From positions 96,001 to 160,000 of IMG/VR virus record IMGVR_UViG_3300014205_000177: 64,000 nt of DNA, one strand, 5' to 3'. Below, one piece after another: positions 1 through 11,852 of the stretch. The translations under genes were made by a program, and so were the position numbers. The notes under the pieces are model-generated. The model did not search any database. It was not told where the DNA came from and saw only the letters and a program-made list of their open reading frames with translations. This DNA is from a virus. Lineage: Duplodnaviria > Caudoviricetes. Every line of letters begins with the position of its first letter. The stretch's first letter is position 1.

Positions 1-2401
1 TAGCATTACCTTCATTAACTATCTTTACATCATTCCATGTATAATCTGGATATACTGTAGTATTATCAGCTACTATTGTAGAGTCTCTAAAAGATAGACT
101 TCCATATCCATCATTAGATAATCTTTTATAAGTATGATAATTATAATCAGAAGTAACTCTACAATCTATTGGTACAAAATAAAATTCATCAAATCCATAT
201 CCAACACCACTATAAAATTCTAAAACACCTCTATCTTTATCTATTGAAAAATTAGAAACAAGTTTACCTGATTCGAAACTTGAAAAATCCCAAGTAGATA
301 CTTTATCTATCATTTCACCAGATGGTGTTATAAAAATATTAGGGTCATAATAATCTACTAAATCATCATTACCAAGTATAAACATTCTTGTTCTTTCTTC
401 TTCTGTAATATCTTCTTGTTTTTTATAATAAGTATAATCTGCACTTATTACACCACTGGGCATTATAGAAAAAGATACTGAACCATCATCATAACCAATA
501 TCAACTTCTGTATCATAATAATCATAAATCATTCTTATGTCATTTTCATAAGATATACCATCTGGATATGTATGAAGCCATAATTCACCATTTTTTTCAT
601 CTATATCATAGTTTTTAAAAGTAATATCTTGTTTCTCGCTTGATTTTAATTTAAACCCAGAACCTGTTCCAGCTGCATCTGAATAAAATATTAAACATAA
701 TTTTTCTTTACCAGATATTGTAGGAGTACTAAAAGCACCATAGGTGTCTGCACTAACTAAATATCCAGAAGAAAGTTCCATTACTTGATTACCACTTCCG
801 GTATATGCATAAATTTCTACCAATTTTGTAGAATCAAGTATTTCATATGTTTTTTCCCCGTTATTTAATATTATTTCCCTAGTAGCTCCTTCGGCACTAG
901 CATCATATAATACTAAACAATCACCATAGTAAGGAGAAAGATTATTATATGGAGGTCCATAACTATTAGCATTTAAATAAAAGAATTCAAAATTCAATTT
1001 TATTTCTGCTGCTGATGGATTGCTAAGAATCCAATATTTTAAACCAGATGAATAAGAACTTTCTAAATTACTATAATTTTTACTTCCATCATTTGTCCAA
1101 TCCACTGTTTTAGGTCTTCCTTCTTCATCATATACAACATTACCACTACTTAGTTGTACAGCATCATAATCTGCATTACTAACTCCGTTCATTGTTTTAG
1201 CAGTTGCTTCATCAAATTCTCCATATACATTAAGAGGATAAGAATGAGTAGTTGGATAAAAAATATCATCCCATAATCTGGTATATGTGTTTTCTAATGT
1301 TTGTGTTTTTACTACAATTTCTGGTTGACCAAGAGTATTTATTTTCATAACTTGATGGTCATACTCTGAACTTGGTTCTCTCAATAATCTATTTGAACAA
1401 TTAAATATTTTAGTATTCAATCTAATTGTTTTAACTACATTTGTTATATTTCCAGCAGAGTCCCTAAATGAAATAGTAATATCCCTGTCTTGGTCAAAAT
1501 TATAATCAGTTCCTACTAAATAAAAATTTAAACTATTAAAATTAATAATATTTGAAGTTCTATATGGAATCCATACGTCAACATATTCTGAAGACTCAAC
1601 GTCTCCTGATATTTTTATATCTATATCTAACAAATCGTCAGCATAAAATTCTAAAGATATTTCTCTATTTGGAGTCATACTATTGTCACTATTTATCATA
1701 ATGCCCGTATAAATATCACTATAGGTTGTTCCTATTATATTTACATTACAATCCGAAGGATTTACAGTATGTAAAAATGTTTGATAAGAATTAATAGTGC
1801 TTAAATTATAATAATTATCTCTAGTTTGTAATTTTATTGTTCTAGTGCCTTCTGAACCAATAGCTAAAACAAATGAAATTAATTCTTGACCAGAAGTAAA
1901 TTGAGTCCATGAAGAAGGAGCAGTTACACCTTCCCAAATTTTGTAATATGTAGCATCTACTGTATTTTCTACTGGAATACTTAAAGAATATACATTTGAA
2001 TATTGACTAACAGACAATGTTGAAACAGGCAATGTGGTTTTAATATTAAAATAATCAGTATTAACATAATCGGAATAAACACCATTCCCATCATCGAGAT
2101 TGAATCTTATTTGTACAGAAGTGTTAGTAATTGGCAAATCTGCCAAAACATTCCAATAAAAAGTATTTGAACGACCATTTCCACTTGAATATGATAAAAA
2201 TACTGTTTCACTTTGACTGTGAATAGTACCGTTTATCCATACCCCTGGATTTGATTGTAAACTATATTGAAAAGAATTTGGTACAATAGTACAACTTCTT
2301 CCAGAACTGTGATATAAATAAAAATTCACATTAGCAACTGGAGCACTGTTTAAATAAGACATAACCCCTGATAAACTATTTACTGATATTGTGTCTGACA
2401 T
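1..2401 (-). CDS. Large virion/tail-tip protein, truncated at window edge (starts MSDTISVNSLSGVMSYL), possible CUB-like segment
   Basis: ATG at 2401-2399 right after the stop of the upstream gene; frame read as open at both ends; missing from the ORF track because it runs off the window; beta-rich composition. Confidence 0.7.
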   Translation of the reverse strand, partial: MSDTISVNSLSGVMSYLNSAPVANVNFYLYHSSGRSCTIVPNSFQYSLQSNPGVWINGTIHSQSETVFLSYSSGNGRSNTFYWNVLADLPITNTSVQIRFNLDDGNGVYSDYVNTDYFNIKTTLPVSTLSVSQYSNVYSLSIPVENTVDATYYKIWEGVTAPSSWTQFTSGQELISFVLAIGSEGTRTIKLQTRDNYYNLSTINSYQTFLHTVNPSDCNVNIIGTTYSDIYTGIMINSDNSMTPNREISLEFYADDLLDIDIKISGDVESSEYVDVWIPYRTSNIINFNSLNFYLVGTDYNFDQDRDITISFRDSAGNITNVVKTIRLNTKIFNCSNRLLREPSSEYDHQVMKINTLGQPEIVVKTQTLENTYTRLWDDIFYPTTHSYPLNVYGEFDEATAKTMNGVSNADYDAVQLSSGNVVYDEEGRPKTVDWTNDGSKNYSNLESSYSSGLKYWILSNPSAAEIKLNFEFFYLNANSYGPPYNNLSPYYGDCLVLYDASAEGATREIILNNGEKTYEILDSTKLVEIYAYTGSGNQVMELSSGYLVSADTYGAFSTPTISGKEKLCLIFYSDAAGTGSGFKLKSSEKQDITFKNYDIDEKNGELWLHTYPDGISYENDIRMIYDYYDTEVDIGYDDGSVSFSIMPSGVISADYTYYKKQEDITEEERTRMFILGNDDLVDYYDPNIFITPSGEMIDKVSTWDFSSFESGKLVSNFSIDKDRGVLEFYSGVGYGFDEFYFVPIDCRVTSDYNYHTYKRLSNDGYGSLSFRDSTIVADNTTVYPDYTWNDVKIVNEGNA

Positions 2402-2403
2402 AA

Positions 2404-3519
2404 CTAAGCCTCTGTTTTAATTGTTAATGTATCATAAGGGTTAACCGTTACCGTTTGAGGGCAAAGTTCTCCATCATTATAAATATTTATTGGAATATAA
2501 ATAGTATCTTTATTAACCCATCTTGAATTTATACTTCCTGGATGTCTTGGGTCATTAATACATTTATATTTAAACACTCCATCAGATGAAATTAAAGATA
2601 ATTGCTGATTAGTTACATTTTCTACACAACTTATATGAGAATAAGAAGCTCTTACTGGGTTCTCAACTGAATCTATTTCTTCAGAAAAATAAATGCTTCC
2701 TTTTCTAAAATCTATTTGATAACCACTTTCTACAAATTGTGGTATTGACCCCTGTATTATAAGATTACCAGAACCATCTTCCGTATCATCTCCTGAATAA
2801 TCTTTTTCTCCAACAAAAACATCTGGAGCCATATATAAATGACCACTACTTCCTCCTTCAATATTTTGAGGAACCCAATTTTCGTGTTCACTGATAAATA
2901 AATTTGATTCAGATTTTAAATATGAATAATAAGATTTAATTACCCCTCTATCAGGATTATCTTCATTAAATATAATAACTCCAGATGGAGCTATAAAATT
3001 ATAATCTTCTTTATCTACAATAACATCATCTTCAGTTATATAATGTTTAAATGATGGGTTAATTCCATCATACCAATCTTTATTGGTAAATACAAAATTG
3101 GTATTTTCACCTGTTTTATAATATTCAATAAATGCTCCAGAAGGAGGAATGCCAGCAAATAGAATACCACTAGGAGTTGCTTGATATGTACTTGAAGATA
3201 TTATTTCTGAAAGAGAATTATAAACTATAGGTGAATAACATCCATCTGACAAAATATTAGAAGGACTTCCTTCTGGTCTTTGAAATTGTTGATTATCATC
3301 ATATAAAAGTGAAGATATTTTACCTACAGAAAAATCTATGTTTATTCCAGTATCTTCTTCTACCACAGCAACTCCAGTTAATAAATAAGAGTCTTCTGGG
3401 AGTAAAGGTTTATCTATAACAGGAAGTAATTCATCGTTAATAGACTCTCTAATATCGTTATCTCCAGATTCAGAATATCCTCTTGGTAACTGATAAATTT
3501 TAATTTTTGGTGCTCCCAT
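2404..3519 (-). CDS. Putative tail/baseplate structural protein
   Basis: 371-aa ORF in the tail module; repeated IDF/PSG beta motifs also seen in the neighbouring gene. Confidence 0.55.
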   Translation of the reverse strand: MGAPKIKIYQLPRGYSESGDNDIRESINDELLPVIDKPLLPEDSYLLTGVAVVEEDTGINIDFSVGKISSLLYDDNQQFQRPEGSPSNILSDGCYSPIVYNSLSEIISSSTYQATPSGILFAGIPPSGAFIEYYKTGENTNFVFTNKDWYDGINPSFKHYITEDDVIVDKEDYNFIAPSGVIIFNEDNPDRGVIKSYYSYLKSESNLFISEHENWVPQNIEGGSSGHLYMAPDVFVGEKDYSGDDTEDGSGNLIIQGSIPQFVESGYQIDFRKGSIYFSEEIDSVENPVRASYSHISCVENVTNQQLSLISSDGVFKYKCINDPRHPGSINSRWVNKDTIYIPINIYNDGELCPQTVTVNPYDTLTIKTEA

Positions 3520-3534
3520 TCCTGCTCCTTTTTT

Positions 3535-6500
3535 TTATATCTCTTCAGTTGAATCTCTTTCTCTCAAATATACAATAACTTGAGGTTTAGTAAAACAAAT
3601 ACCTCTTCTTCCTTTTTTTGAACTTGAACCATCTAATAAATCTTTAACACCTATCATAAAACCAGTTTTGTCAATACCACCAGTTCTTTCATATGTCTTT
3701 TTTGTCTCCATACCAAGTGGAGTTCTGTAAGTAGTAACTTCTTCAGTAATAGCTTTAGCATAAACATACAAATCACCACTAATTATAGTATTAGGTAATC
3801 CCGATAAAACCACAGAGGTTTCAACTTTTCCTCCAATAATATGTTTAGAATTTACAAAACCATTAGTTTTTTCAGAACCTGTACCTCCATTTAAAATCTC
3901 GTCAAAATTTCTTTCTTTATTACCATGTAATTCATTTCCAACAAATTGTAAATCTTGAAAATCTGCATCGCATCTATTAGGATTTGTAACTATCCATTTC
4001 ATATCTTTTCTGCAAGCTTTACCACTGTTGTTTACATTATGTTGAAAAACAATAGAATTTCCAATTGATGGTAGTATTGTTATATTATCAGTTGAACCAC
4101 CAGAGTCTTGTATTTGCTTCATTATATCAGAACTATATCCATCTGGTTTATTTTCATTACCATATATAAATCTTATACTATCCTTTTCTAATAAATAAGA
4201 AGGTCCATTCCCAATAGAAGTAGCTTTAACTTCAACATCAGAACCATTATTAAGTACATATTTTATTTCAAGAAAAGTTGGAATAGAACTTTGTTTTATA
4301 TTATTAATTTTTATTTCTTTACCAGTTTGGTCTATACAATAAGTAGGCATCATTAATGAATGAGTGCTGTTATTAAAGAAAAAATTACCACCATATATTT
4401 CATACTCTGTTCCATTCATTCTAACTTTCCAATATAGATTATCATTAGTATCATTATCTTGCATTAAGAATTTAATATTTCCAGAACTACCAGCTCCTAA
4501 AGAAATTATTTTACTAGGATTTTCAGGAATACTTATTGGGAAAGAAGATAAGTCTGAAGTTTGCATAGCTATAGGTATTTGAACTATTAGAGAATTACAG
4601 TCTTTTGTTATTGTTAATATATCTGGAGTAGTTTCATAACCATAAACTTCTAACTTTTTACAAGTAGAAACATATGCTGTTCTATATATTCTAAACTTAC
4701 TACGAGTATCAGATGTTTGAAATAGTTCATATAATGTAATAGAAGATTCATCATTAGATTTTATTTTATATCTAACTTTACCTGTTTCTAATGAAAAATC
4801 ATTTGACAATTCAAAATAGCTTTCACCTAATTCATCACTTCTTAAAGAAGAACAATCAATTTTTATTTTAAATTTATTACTATCAATCATATTTTCTAAA
4901 AATGTATTTCCCAATACAGGAGTTAACATTATTATGTTTTTAGGAACACTAGGATTACACTGATATTTTATTTTATTGGCTCTAGGAACTATAAAATTAT
5001 AATTATCTGCAATATTTTTATTTGCATTTATTACTCCACCATCTATCCATTTTCCATTTAATTCTGGTATAGAAGAATACTCACTATATAACAACTCTCC
5101 ATTTAAATATTTTGGAACTAACCATTTTGAAGAAATAGAATCCCAATAAATGTTTATAAGTGTTTTCCAAAAAGATGATTCTTCATTTTTATACATTATT
5201 GAAAAATCACAATAATTATTTTCTTTTTGTTCAACATTAATACTAGTTATAAAACAATTTTTATCAGGTAATTCACCATATGTTATTGTTAATATTCCAT
5301 CACCACCAGTATAAAAAGCTCCTGTTTTTTCTGGACTTTTTGTTAAATCAGTACCACATTCAGCACAGTGTATTGAATCTAGAGAAGGTCTAATAACCTT
5401 AAAACCACCGTAAGCTGATGGTGATTCACACCATCCTATAGCCTCTGATACTGTTAATCCCCTATTTGCTATTCTACAATTTCCTGCATTAGGACATATT
5501 GCATTTGCAACGTTCCATTTTCCCTTTTCATAGCGATAAGGTCTTCTTTCTTTCTCAGTGGGAAAACCACTTAATTTGAATGATATATAAGATGAATCAT
5601 TTGTATTTGAATAATATAACCAATATTTTTCACTATTTAAAGAAGGTTCCCATACTTCTGAACTACTCCAACTACCAGATGTTGAAGGAGTATAACCACT
5701 TTTTTGAGAAATACTATTAACGCTTTCCTTTGCCATACATAGTACTAAAGGATTAAAATTATTAAAATTAGAGTTTGAAACTCCATTAACAACTGAGTCT
5801 GGAGATATATAACATCCAGAATAATCATCTAAAATACCATTTTTATTTTTCGGATATTCCTCTCCAGAAATTATAGTAGGAAATTCTCCGTTTTCATTTT
5901 TTTGTGGATACATATTCCAGTTGTTTAACCAAAAACCTTTAACTGCATTTCCATATCTATCATTATTTAATTGATTTGGAGCATATTCACTAGTTGAATC
6001 TTCATATGCTTTAATTTTTTCACTAATAATATAATTGCCAATTTGAGAAAAAGATAAACCTGTACTAAGTTTATAAGCACGACTATTTCTTTTGTTGTAT
6101 ATTAATTTAAAATAATCTGTCATGTCAAAATTTAAAGGTTTACCAAATTTAGAAGAACTATTACCCAATGGTTCTGAACTACCAGTTGAACCATTACCAC
6201 CAGTAGTAATACTTGAAGAAATACTGGCAGATGTTTTAATCTCATAATTTTGAACTATTACTTGTCCTGACTCAGACCATGAAGTATCATAATATTTAGG
6301 TTCAAACATTGGTCCATTTTTATCATAAATAAGTGTGTCATTCATACCTGTATAATCAAAATAATCTGGAATGTATTGTGTTTTATTATTATAATAACCG
6401 TTTGCAAATGATGGTGGTACTATAGTAAAATCAACTTCTAAACCATGTGAAGATTTATCTCCAATCACTACTTTGCCGTTTATAGTATATCTATTAATCG

Positions 6501-9500
6501 TATCTCTAAACTCTTCATATGTTTTATCTTTCCAAGCTTCAGCTTCTGTTTTATTTTGAATTATGTCACTCCCAAATCCATTCCATTCTAATAAATCTTG
6601 AGAAAAATTAAAACCATAACTATCATCAGTAAATTGAGATATTGGAGGATTTTCATAAAAAGAATATTTTTTATTATAAATATAAGATACATAAGATTCA
6701 GAAGAAAAGTTATACTTTTCAGTATTTTCAGTTCCTACTGTATAATCAATTTTTTCATTAATATCATTATCATTAAAATGATGTTCACCTGTCATTTGGT
6801 TTTCACCTTCATGTCCTACTAGTAACGGATGATAATGATAGTTATATACCCTTCCAGACCACACTGTTCCCACACGAGGTGCAGTAGGTAATGAAACAGG
6901 GGTTACGGAAGCTATAACTCTAACAACTTCCTTATCTAAAGGTATCCAACCATGAGGAAATACATAAGAATTACTATAAACATCTCCAACATAACCATCT
7001 GTTCCACCTGCTCTATTTTCTGAAAAACTATTATCAAAATGAAGACTGTTAGTCCCTTCTGCTCTTGATATTCCACCTATATATCCATAACGATACCACC
7101 AAACTTTACTAGGTGGATACCAATATATAATAACCTTACCAGGAGATATACTACCATCCCAAAACTGGACATAATTTCCTTCTCCATCTGTTTCTGTAGA
7201 TGCTAATACTATTGGGTTTAAACCTTTTCTTTTCCCTGGAAATTTTTTAGGAATAAGATTATCAAATCTATATTTATTACCAACTTGTTTAGTATTAAAA
7301 AAATCACTACCTTCTGGTGGCTCTGACAAAGAATATCCAAGCATTGGCTGTATAAAATTTCTAAGAGTTTTTAAGTGATTTGCACTAAAAAAATCAAGAC
7401 CATCTATTTTATCATTATATGGAGATATTTGACCATCATTATATTTACCAGATGTTAATCTATTATCATTTTCTTGATGTAAACTTATTGGCTCAGTAAC
7501 ATATTTATCATTTCTTGCATATTGTAATATAGTTGATTCATCTAATTTACCATCTTTTAAAATACCTTGTTTTGTATTCATTCCTTTTTGTTTATGTGGT
7601 AAACAAACAGAACCTTCAGTATTATAATTGGCAGAACTTTCCCTTTTTAGCAGATAACCACCACCATCTGTTTTTTGTGGTCCAAGCTTAGTAAATATTT
7701 CAGATATAAAACTTCTACTAATTTCTGTATGGTTTTTCCAATAATATCCATCTAATCTAACTTCTTGACCAGGGAAACCCCATATATTAACAACTCCAGA
7801 AGATTCAACTTGTGGAAAATTACTCCATTGATAAGGTCCATCAAGAACATTATCACAACGAGGACATTTGCCTTCAAAATAAACATACTCTAAATCTGTA
7901 ATAATTTGAGGAACTACAGGTTCTCCCCAATAATTTAATTTATCATTAGTTAACCCATTATATATATGAAATTGGTCTGTAGATATATTGCATTTGGGAC
8001 ATAAATAATAAGTTCTTTCTTTTGGTAATACTCCGTCTGGTGGAGTTTTAGGAGGAGCTGATTTCCCGTCAGAGTTAGTCATATTTATCATTTCTTCAGA
8101 ATTTAAAATATCCCTAGTATCACTTGAATAAATCCAAGCATTAGTAACTGTAGCTCCGGAAGAATTATTTGCGTTAATCATTGAAGTTCCCATCGTTCCG
8201 TCAATAGGTGTAGCTTCATTATTTATGGTAGGAACACCGTATGCTCTTGCCTGTGTTGTAGAAGGAACTACACCTCCTAGAGTTCTTCCATCTACTATAA
8301 ATTCTCCAGTTTTATCTATTCTATATCCCCTGAATACTTTAGTATTATCAGAATAATCATCTTTACTATCTGTTCCACTATTACCTTCTCTTCCAAATAT
8401 ACCTGTTCCACCAGTTAACATTGGACACATTACTTCTGAACCCATTTTTGAATAATCTTTATATTCTGGCATTCTTCCACCCATAAATGGTCTTACATTA
8501 TTTATATATGTTTCAAATTTTGAAGGTGAAACATAATCATCATACAATTTAACTAACCATGGAACATTGTCTGGATAATTTTCTGCTGGCTTTGAATTAC
8601 TACTTAAAGACATTAGTAATAAATTATTATTATAATCATATTGTTTTAGATGAACAAATAAAATACTTTTTGTATGATTTTCTGTATCACTACTAGATAT
8701 TGTATAATAAAAATATAATTTATCATTAACAGTTGGAAATGTATTTATAAAATCTAAACTATCTAGTTCTTCACACATTCCAACAGCCGCATATACTCCA
8801 CTTCCTATTTCATGTTCTCTTATACCAGAAAACCCACCTATTCCATAATATCTAAATATTGGAATTATGAGACTCATTGCATGTCTATATTTTTTATCAT
8901 ATTCTAAAGCTCTTCTTGGAACTTCTGTATGAGGACATCCCTGATTATAATATCTGCAATAATCTTGACCGTCTACTCCAGCATATATACCATTTTCCCA
9001 TTGATTTAACATTTTTACAGTACCATATGCCCTATTACATTTTTCAGAGTTATAACATGGCATAACGCTACAATTAAATCTATGTCTACTCAAAAGATTT
9101 GTTCCAGAATATATATCAGTATCAACTCCACCATAACCAGTGCCTTTTGTATCAAAAGCCATTTTCCCAGTACCCTCTAAAATAGTTTCATAATCAGATT
9201 TACTTGGAAATTTATCTCTTATTATTTCTCTACCCTCTGCAAGCATTTTTGTGAATTCATATTCAACTTTATATCTTACAGTTCCCTCTCCCATTTGTAC
9301 AGGATTAGTAGGTAGGCTGTCCATCGCATTTTTTTGTGATAATAAAAGACCTCCCATAATTGCAGGAGTAGCAAATGGAGTATTTGACATAGCCATAGCT
9401 GCATCTCCATTAACAAAATAACCACTCATTCTATCAACACCAGAAAAAGCTTTTGCGTATTGTTCTTGTGTTGCAGCTGTAGTCTCAAATGTTATTATTT

Positions 9501-10884
9501 CTCTTTTCCCAGTTGGGGTATAATATGGACAAATTCCACCTGCTTCTTTATAAAATTCTTTTGGGCTTTTTGTTTCTATTCCATTACCGTCATAAGAAAC
9601 ATTATACATTTGACATAAGTTAACATTAAAAACACCTTCAGGTTTTTCATCGACAAAACATTTACATGCAATATTTGTTGTTATCCCAAAATCTCTTTTG
9701 AAAAAACTACATCCTTTATGAACTATTTCACCATCATTAATGTCTGAATTCCTTATACATCTAATAGTATTTGGTAAACCTCCACCAACTGATGAAACTT
9801 TACCTATTTGATTTGGTCTTGGTTGCTGTATTTTATCACTAATTTCAGCAGGTTCAACATAAACTCCACTTGGTAGTATATTTAAATAATTCCAAGATTC
9901 AACTCTTTCTATATAAGACCTTGTATCTCCGCCAACCGTTGTTGCTTCATAAGATATAATACCATCATCAACTGCATACATTGGAGACCCAAATGTTGCA
10001 GTAACTCTTGGTGTTACAACATTAGTATATAAATTAGAAGAATCTAACCATTCACTAGGTGCTGACATATTTATAAAATTAGACGGAACATTCCCATGTT
10101 GACCTCTATCTACACTTTTTACAGCTACATCTTTTCTATAATATCTAACTCCTGCATTTGTTTTTGGATATGTCAAAATCTTTCTAAAACCATAAATTCC
10201 TTTTTTTATAAAAGTATTTTTATATAAAACATGTGCGTCTGGGGCTGTCCATTTTTCATATTTTACACCATTTACTGTTACTCCAATTTCTAAATCTTCT
10301 TGTTTATAAATTCTACCTGGGTTTGCTTCTTTTTTGTCAATTATGCTTTGAATAGTTTTACTATCATATTTTGTTTGATATAAATATAGTGGTTCATATA
10401 ATTCTTCTGACTCTGTATCCCTAATTTGCCCATTAACTACTGCTCTTCTTAATCTACCTGACTTTCTATTATATTCAAATAAAGGGTCGTTGTTTTCTGG
10501 ATTTACAATCCCATTAATAACTGTAAGTGTTTTTGGACTATAAAGAGGAGGTTCAATTACAGTAGTACCAGAATAAATTCCTTTAAAAATATATTCAGTG
10601 AATTTCCACGGAGAACGAACCTCTGGGAATTGTTGACAGTATGCGTTTTTATCAGAAATGACACCAAATCTTACATCTGGTTGAAATTTATGAGTCCAAT
10701 TTGTCCATCCCTTATATCCTTCATCTGCATCTATTTCTACATACTTAGCACCATATAGCTCAACTTCACTTGAATAATGATAACTATCTTGCATCCCTCT
10801 CATTAAATCTCTTGGGTATGTATCAAAACTAAGTTTTGTGTTATCTGGATACTTAAAATTTTTATCAAAACTCGTGTCTAACAT
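3535..10884 (-). CDS. Very large tail-associated protein (2449 aa) with Cys-rich/Zn-ribbon segments
   Basis: ORF track; downstream of tape measure and hub genes; CPKC..CPRC and CPNAGNC..CAEC motifs. Confidence 0.55.
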   Translation of the reverse strand: MLDTSFDKNFKYPDNTKLSFDTYPRDLMRGMQDSYHYSSEVELYGAKYVEIDADEGYKGWTNWTHKFQPDVRFGVISDKNAYCQQFPEVRSPWKFTEYIFKGIYSGTTVIEPPLYSPKTLTVINGIVNPENNDPLFEYNRKSGRLRRAVVNGQIRDTESEELYEPLYLYQTKYDSKTIQSIIDKKEANPGRIYKQEDLEIGVTVNGVKYEKWTAPDAHVLYKNTFIKKGIYGFRKILTYPKTNAGVRYYRKDVAVKSVDRGQHGNVPSNFINMSAPSEWLDSSNLYTNVVTPRVTATFGSPMYAVDDGIISYEATTVGGDTRSYIERVESWNYLNILPSGVYVEPAEISDKIQQPRPNQIGKVSSVGGGLPNTIRCIRNSDINDGEIVHKGCSFFKRDFGITTNIACKCFVDEKPEGVFNVNLCQMYNVSYDGNGIETKSPKEFYKEAGGICPYYTPTGKREIITFETTAATQEQYAKAFSGVDRMSGYFVNGDAAMAMSNTPFATPAIMGGLLLSQKNAMDSLPTNPVQMGEGTVRYKVEYEFTKMLAEGREIIRDKFPSKSDYETILEGTGKMAFDTKGTGYGGVDTDIYSGTNLLSRHRFNCSVMPCYNSEKCNRAYGTVKMLNQWENGIYAGVDGQDYCRYYNQGCPHTEVPRRALEYDKKYRHAMSLIIPIFRYYGIGGFSGIREHEIGSGVYAAVGMCEELDSLDFINTFPTVNDKLYFYYTISSSDTENHTKSILFVHLKQYDYNNNLLLMSLSSNSKPAENYPDNVPWLVKLYDDYVSPSKFETYINNVRPFMGGRMPEYKDYSKMGSEVMCPMLTGGTGIFGREGNSGTDSKDDYSDNTKVFRGYRIDKTGEFIVDGRTLGGVVPSTTQARAYGVPTINNEATPIDGTMGTSMINANNSSGATVTNAWIYSSDTRDILNSEEMINMTNSDGKSAPPKTPPDGVLPKERTYYLCPKCNISTDQFHIYNGLTNDKLNYWGEPVVPQIITDLEYVYFEGKCPRCDNVLDGPYQWSNFPQVESSGVVNIWGFPGQEVRLDGYYWKNHTEISRSFISEIFTKLGPQKTDGGGYLLKRESSANYNTEGSVCLPHKQKGMNTKQGILKDGKLDESTILQYARNDKYVTEPISLHQENDNRLTSGKYNDGQISPYNDKIDGLDFFSANHLKTLRNFIQPMLGYSLSEPPEGSDFFNTKQVGNKYRFDNLIPKKFPGKRKGLNPIVLASTETDGEGNYVQFWDGSISPGKVIIYWYPPSKVWWYRYGYIGGISRAEGTNSLHFDNSFSENRAGGTDGYVGDVYSNSYVFPHGWIPLDKEVVRVIASVTPVSLPTAPRVGTVWSGRVYNYHYHPLLVGHEGENQMTGEHHFNDNDINEKIDYTVGTENTEKYNFSSESYVSYIYNKKYSFYENPPISQFTDDSYGFNFSQDLLEWNGFGSDIIQNKTEAEAWKDKTYEEFRDTINRYTINGKVVIGDKSSHGLEVDFTIVPPSFANGYYNNKTQYIPDYFDYTGMNDTLIYDKNGPMFEPKYYDTSWSESGQVIVQNYEIKTSASISSSITTGGNGSTGSSEPLGNSSSKFGKPLNFDMTDYFKLIYNKRNSRAYKLSTGLSFSQIGNYIISEKIKAYEDSTSEYAPNQLNNDRYGNAVKGFWLNNWNMYPQKNENGEFPTIISGEEYPKNKNGILDDYSGCYISPDSVVNGVSNSNFNNFNPLVLCMAKESVNSISQKSGYTPSTSGSWSSSEVWEPSLNSEKYWLYYSNTNDSSYISFKLSGFPTEKERRPYRYEKGKWNVANAICPNAGNCRIANRGLTVSEAIGWCESPSAYGGFKVIRPSLDSIHCAECGTDLTKSPEKTGAFYTGGDGILTITYGELPDKNCFITSINVEQKENNYCDFSIMYKNEESSFWKTLINIYWDSISSKWLVPKYLNGELLYSEYSSIPELNGKWIDGGVINANKNIADNYNFIVPRANKIKYQCNPSVPKNIIMLTPVLGNTFLENMIDSNKFKIKIDCSSLRSDELGESYFELSNDFSLETGKVRYKIKSNDESSITLYELFQTSDTRSKFRIYRTAYVSTCKKLEVYGYETTPDILTITKDCNSLIVQIPIAMQTSDLSSFPISIPENPSKIISLGAGSSGNIKFLMQDNDTNDNLYWKVRMNGTEYEIYGGNFFFNNSTHSLMMPTYCIDQTGKEIKINNIKQSSIPTFLEIKYVLNNGSDVEVKATSIGNGPSYLLEKDSIRFIYGNENKPDGYSSDIMKQIQDSGGSTDNITILPSIGNSIVFQHNVNNSGKACRKDMKWIVTNPNRCDADFQDLQFVGNELHGNKERNFDEILNGGTGSEKTNGFVNSKHIIGGKVETSVVLSGLPNTIISGDLYVYAKAITEEVTTYRTPLGMETKKTYERTGGIDKTGFMIGVKDLLDGSSSKKGRRGICFTKPQVIVYLRERDSTEEI

Positions 10885-11780
10885 TTATTTATTATCCCCT
10901 TAAATAAATCAACCAATTCTTCTTCCTTGAAATGTATCTTCCGATGACATTCTTGACATAATGTTATTCCGTTATCTACTTCAAAAATTTTTGTATCATC
11001 CATATATATAGGAATAATATAATGAACATTCATTTTATCTGTTTTTTTGTTACAATCTGGCATTTTACAAGAAAAATTATCTCTGGTCAATACTTCCTTT
11101 TTCCATTTTCTATATTCTTTAGAACTTCTTAATAATTCTATTCTTGGAGTTATACCACCTTTCCATCTTGGGTGTTTTTCTCCTCTTACAATATTTTCTT
11201 TAATTTCTATACCAGATTTCAATAAATGCTTTATTACTGTATGTGTATCTATTCCTAGTTTTCTTCCTGTCTCAGATGCATTTTTTTCTATAGAATAAGT
11301 TTCAACTATATCTTTGACAGGAACCTTTGGTTGATTTGTTTCCAATCTTACCCCATAATGACTTAACCATTTATAGATAACAGAATAAGAATATCCAGTT
11401 ATTAATTTTATTTCAGAAGAACTTTTACCATCTTGATACAATTTTAGTATAAGTTCTTTATCTGCCCCATTTTGACATTCAACCTTATCCCTTATTTTTA
11501 TTCCATTATCCCTTAGTATTCTTAAAATAACAGGTTCGCTTATATTGTAAACATTTCCAATAAATTTAGCTGACTTACCTGACAAGTAAAGACCGGATAC
11601 TTCATCAGCATTTAGTTTTATATTTATTCTATCTCTTTCTACATTATTCTTTTTTAGAATTCTCCATATAGTAGTTTCACTTATAGATAATTCTTTTACT
11701 ATATTTTTTATAATAGTTCCAGTTTTATATAAATCTATTATCTTTTTTTCTTTTTCATTTTTATCATATTTGTCATTCAT
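10878..11780 (-). CDS. HNH homing endonuclease with tandem HTH-like repeats
   Basis: Four repeated IxxLYxxG..S..I helix-turn-helix-like units, HPRWKGG motif, C-terminal RDNFSC..HYIIP..NGITLCQECH; own SD (AAGGAG). Confidence 0.85.
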   Translation of the reverse strand: MNDKYDKNEKEKKIIDLYKTGTIIKNIVKELSISETTIWRILKKNNVERDRINIKLNADEVSGLYLSGKSAKFIGNVYNISEPVILRILRDNGIKIRDKVECQNGADKELILKLYQDGKSSSEIKLITGYSYSVIYKWLSHYGVRLETNQPKVPVKDIVETYSIEKNASETGRKLGIDTHTVIKHLLKSGIEIKENIVRGEKHPRWKGGITPRIELLRSSKEYRKWKKEVLTRDNFSCKMPDCNKKTDKMNVHYIIPIYMDDTKIFEVDNGITLCQECHRKIHFKEEELVDLFKGIINKC

Positions 11781-11852
11781 AATAAAATCTCCTTTATTAT
11801 TATATAAAACAAATATAATTTTTTACACACCTATTAATTTTATTTCATAAAA

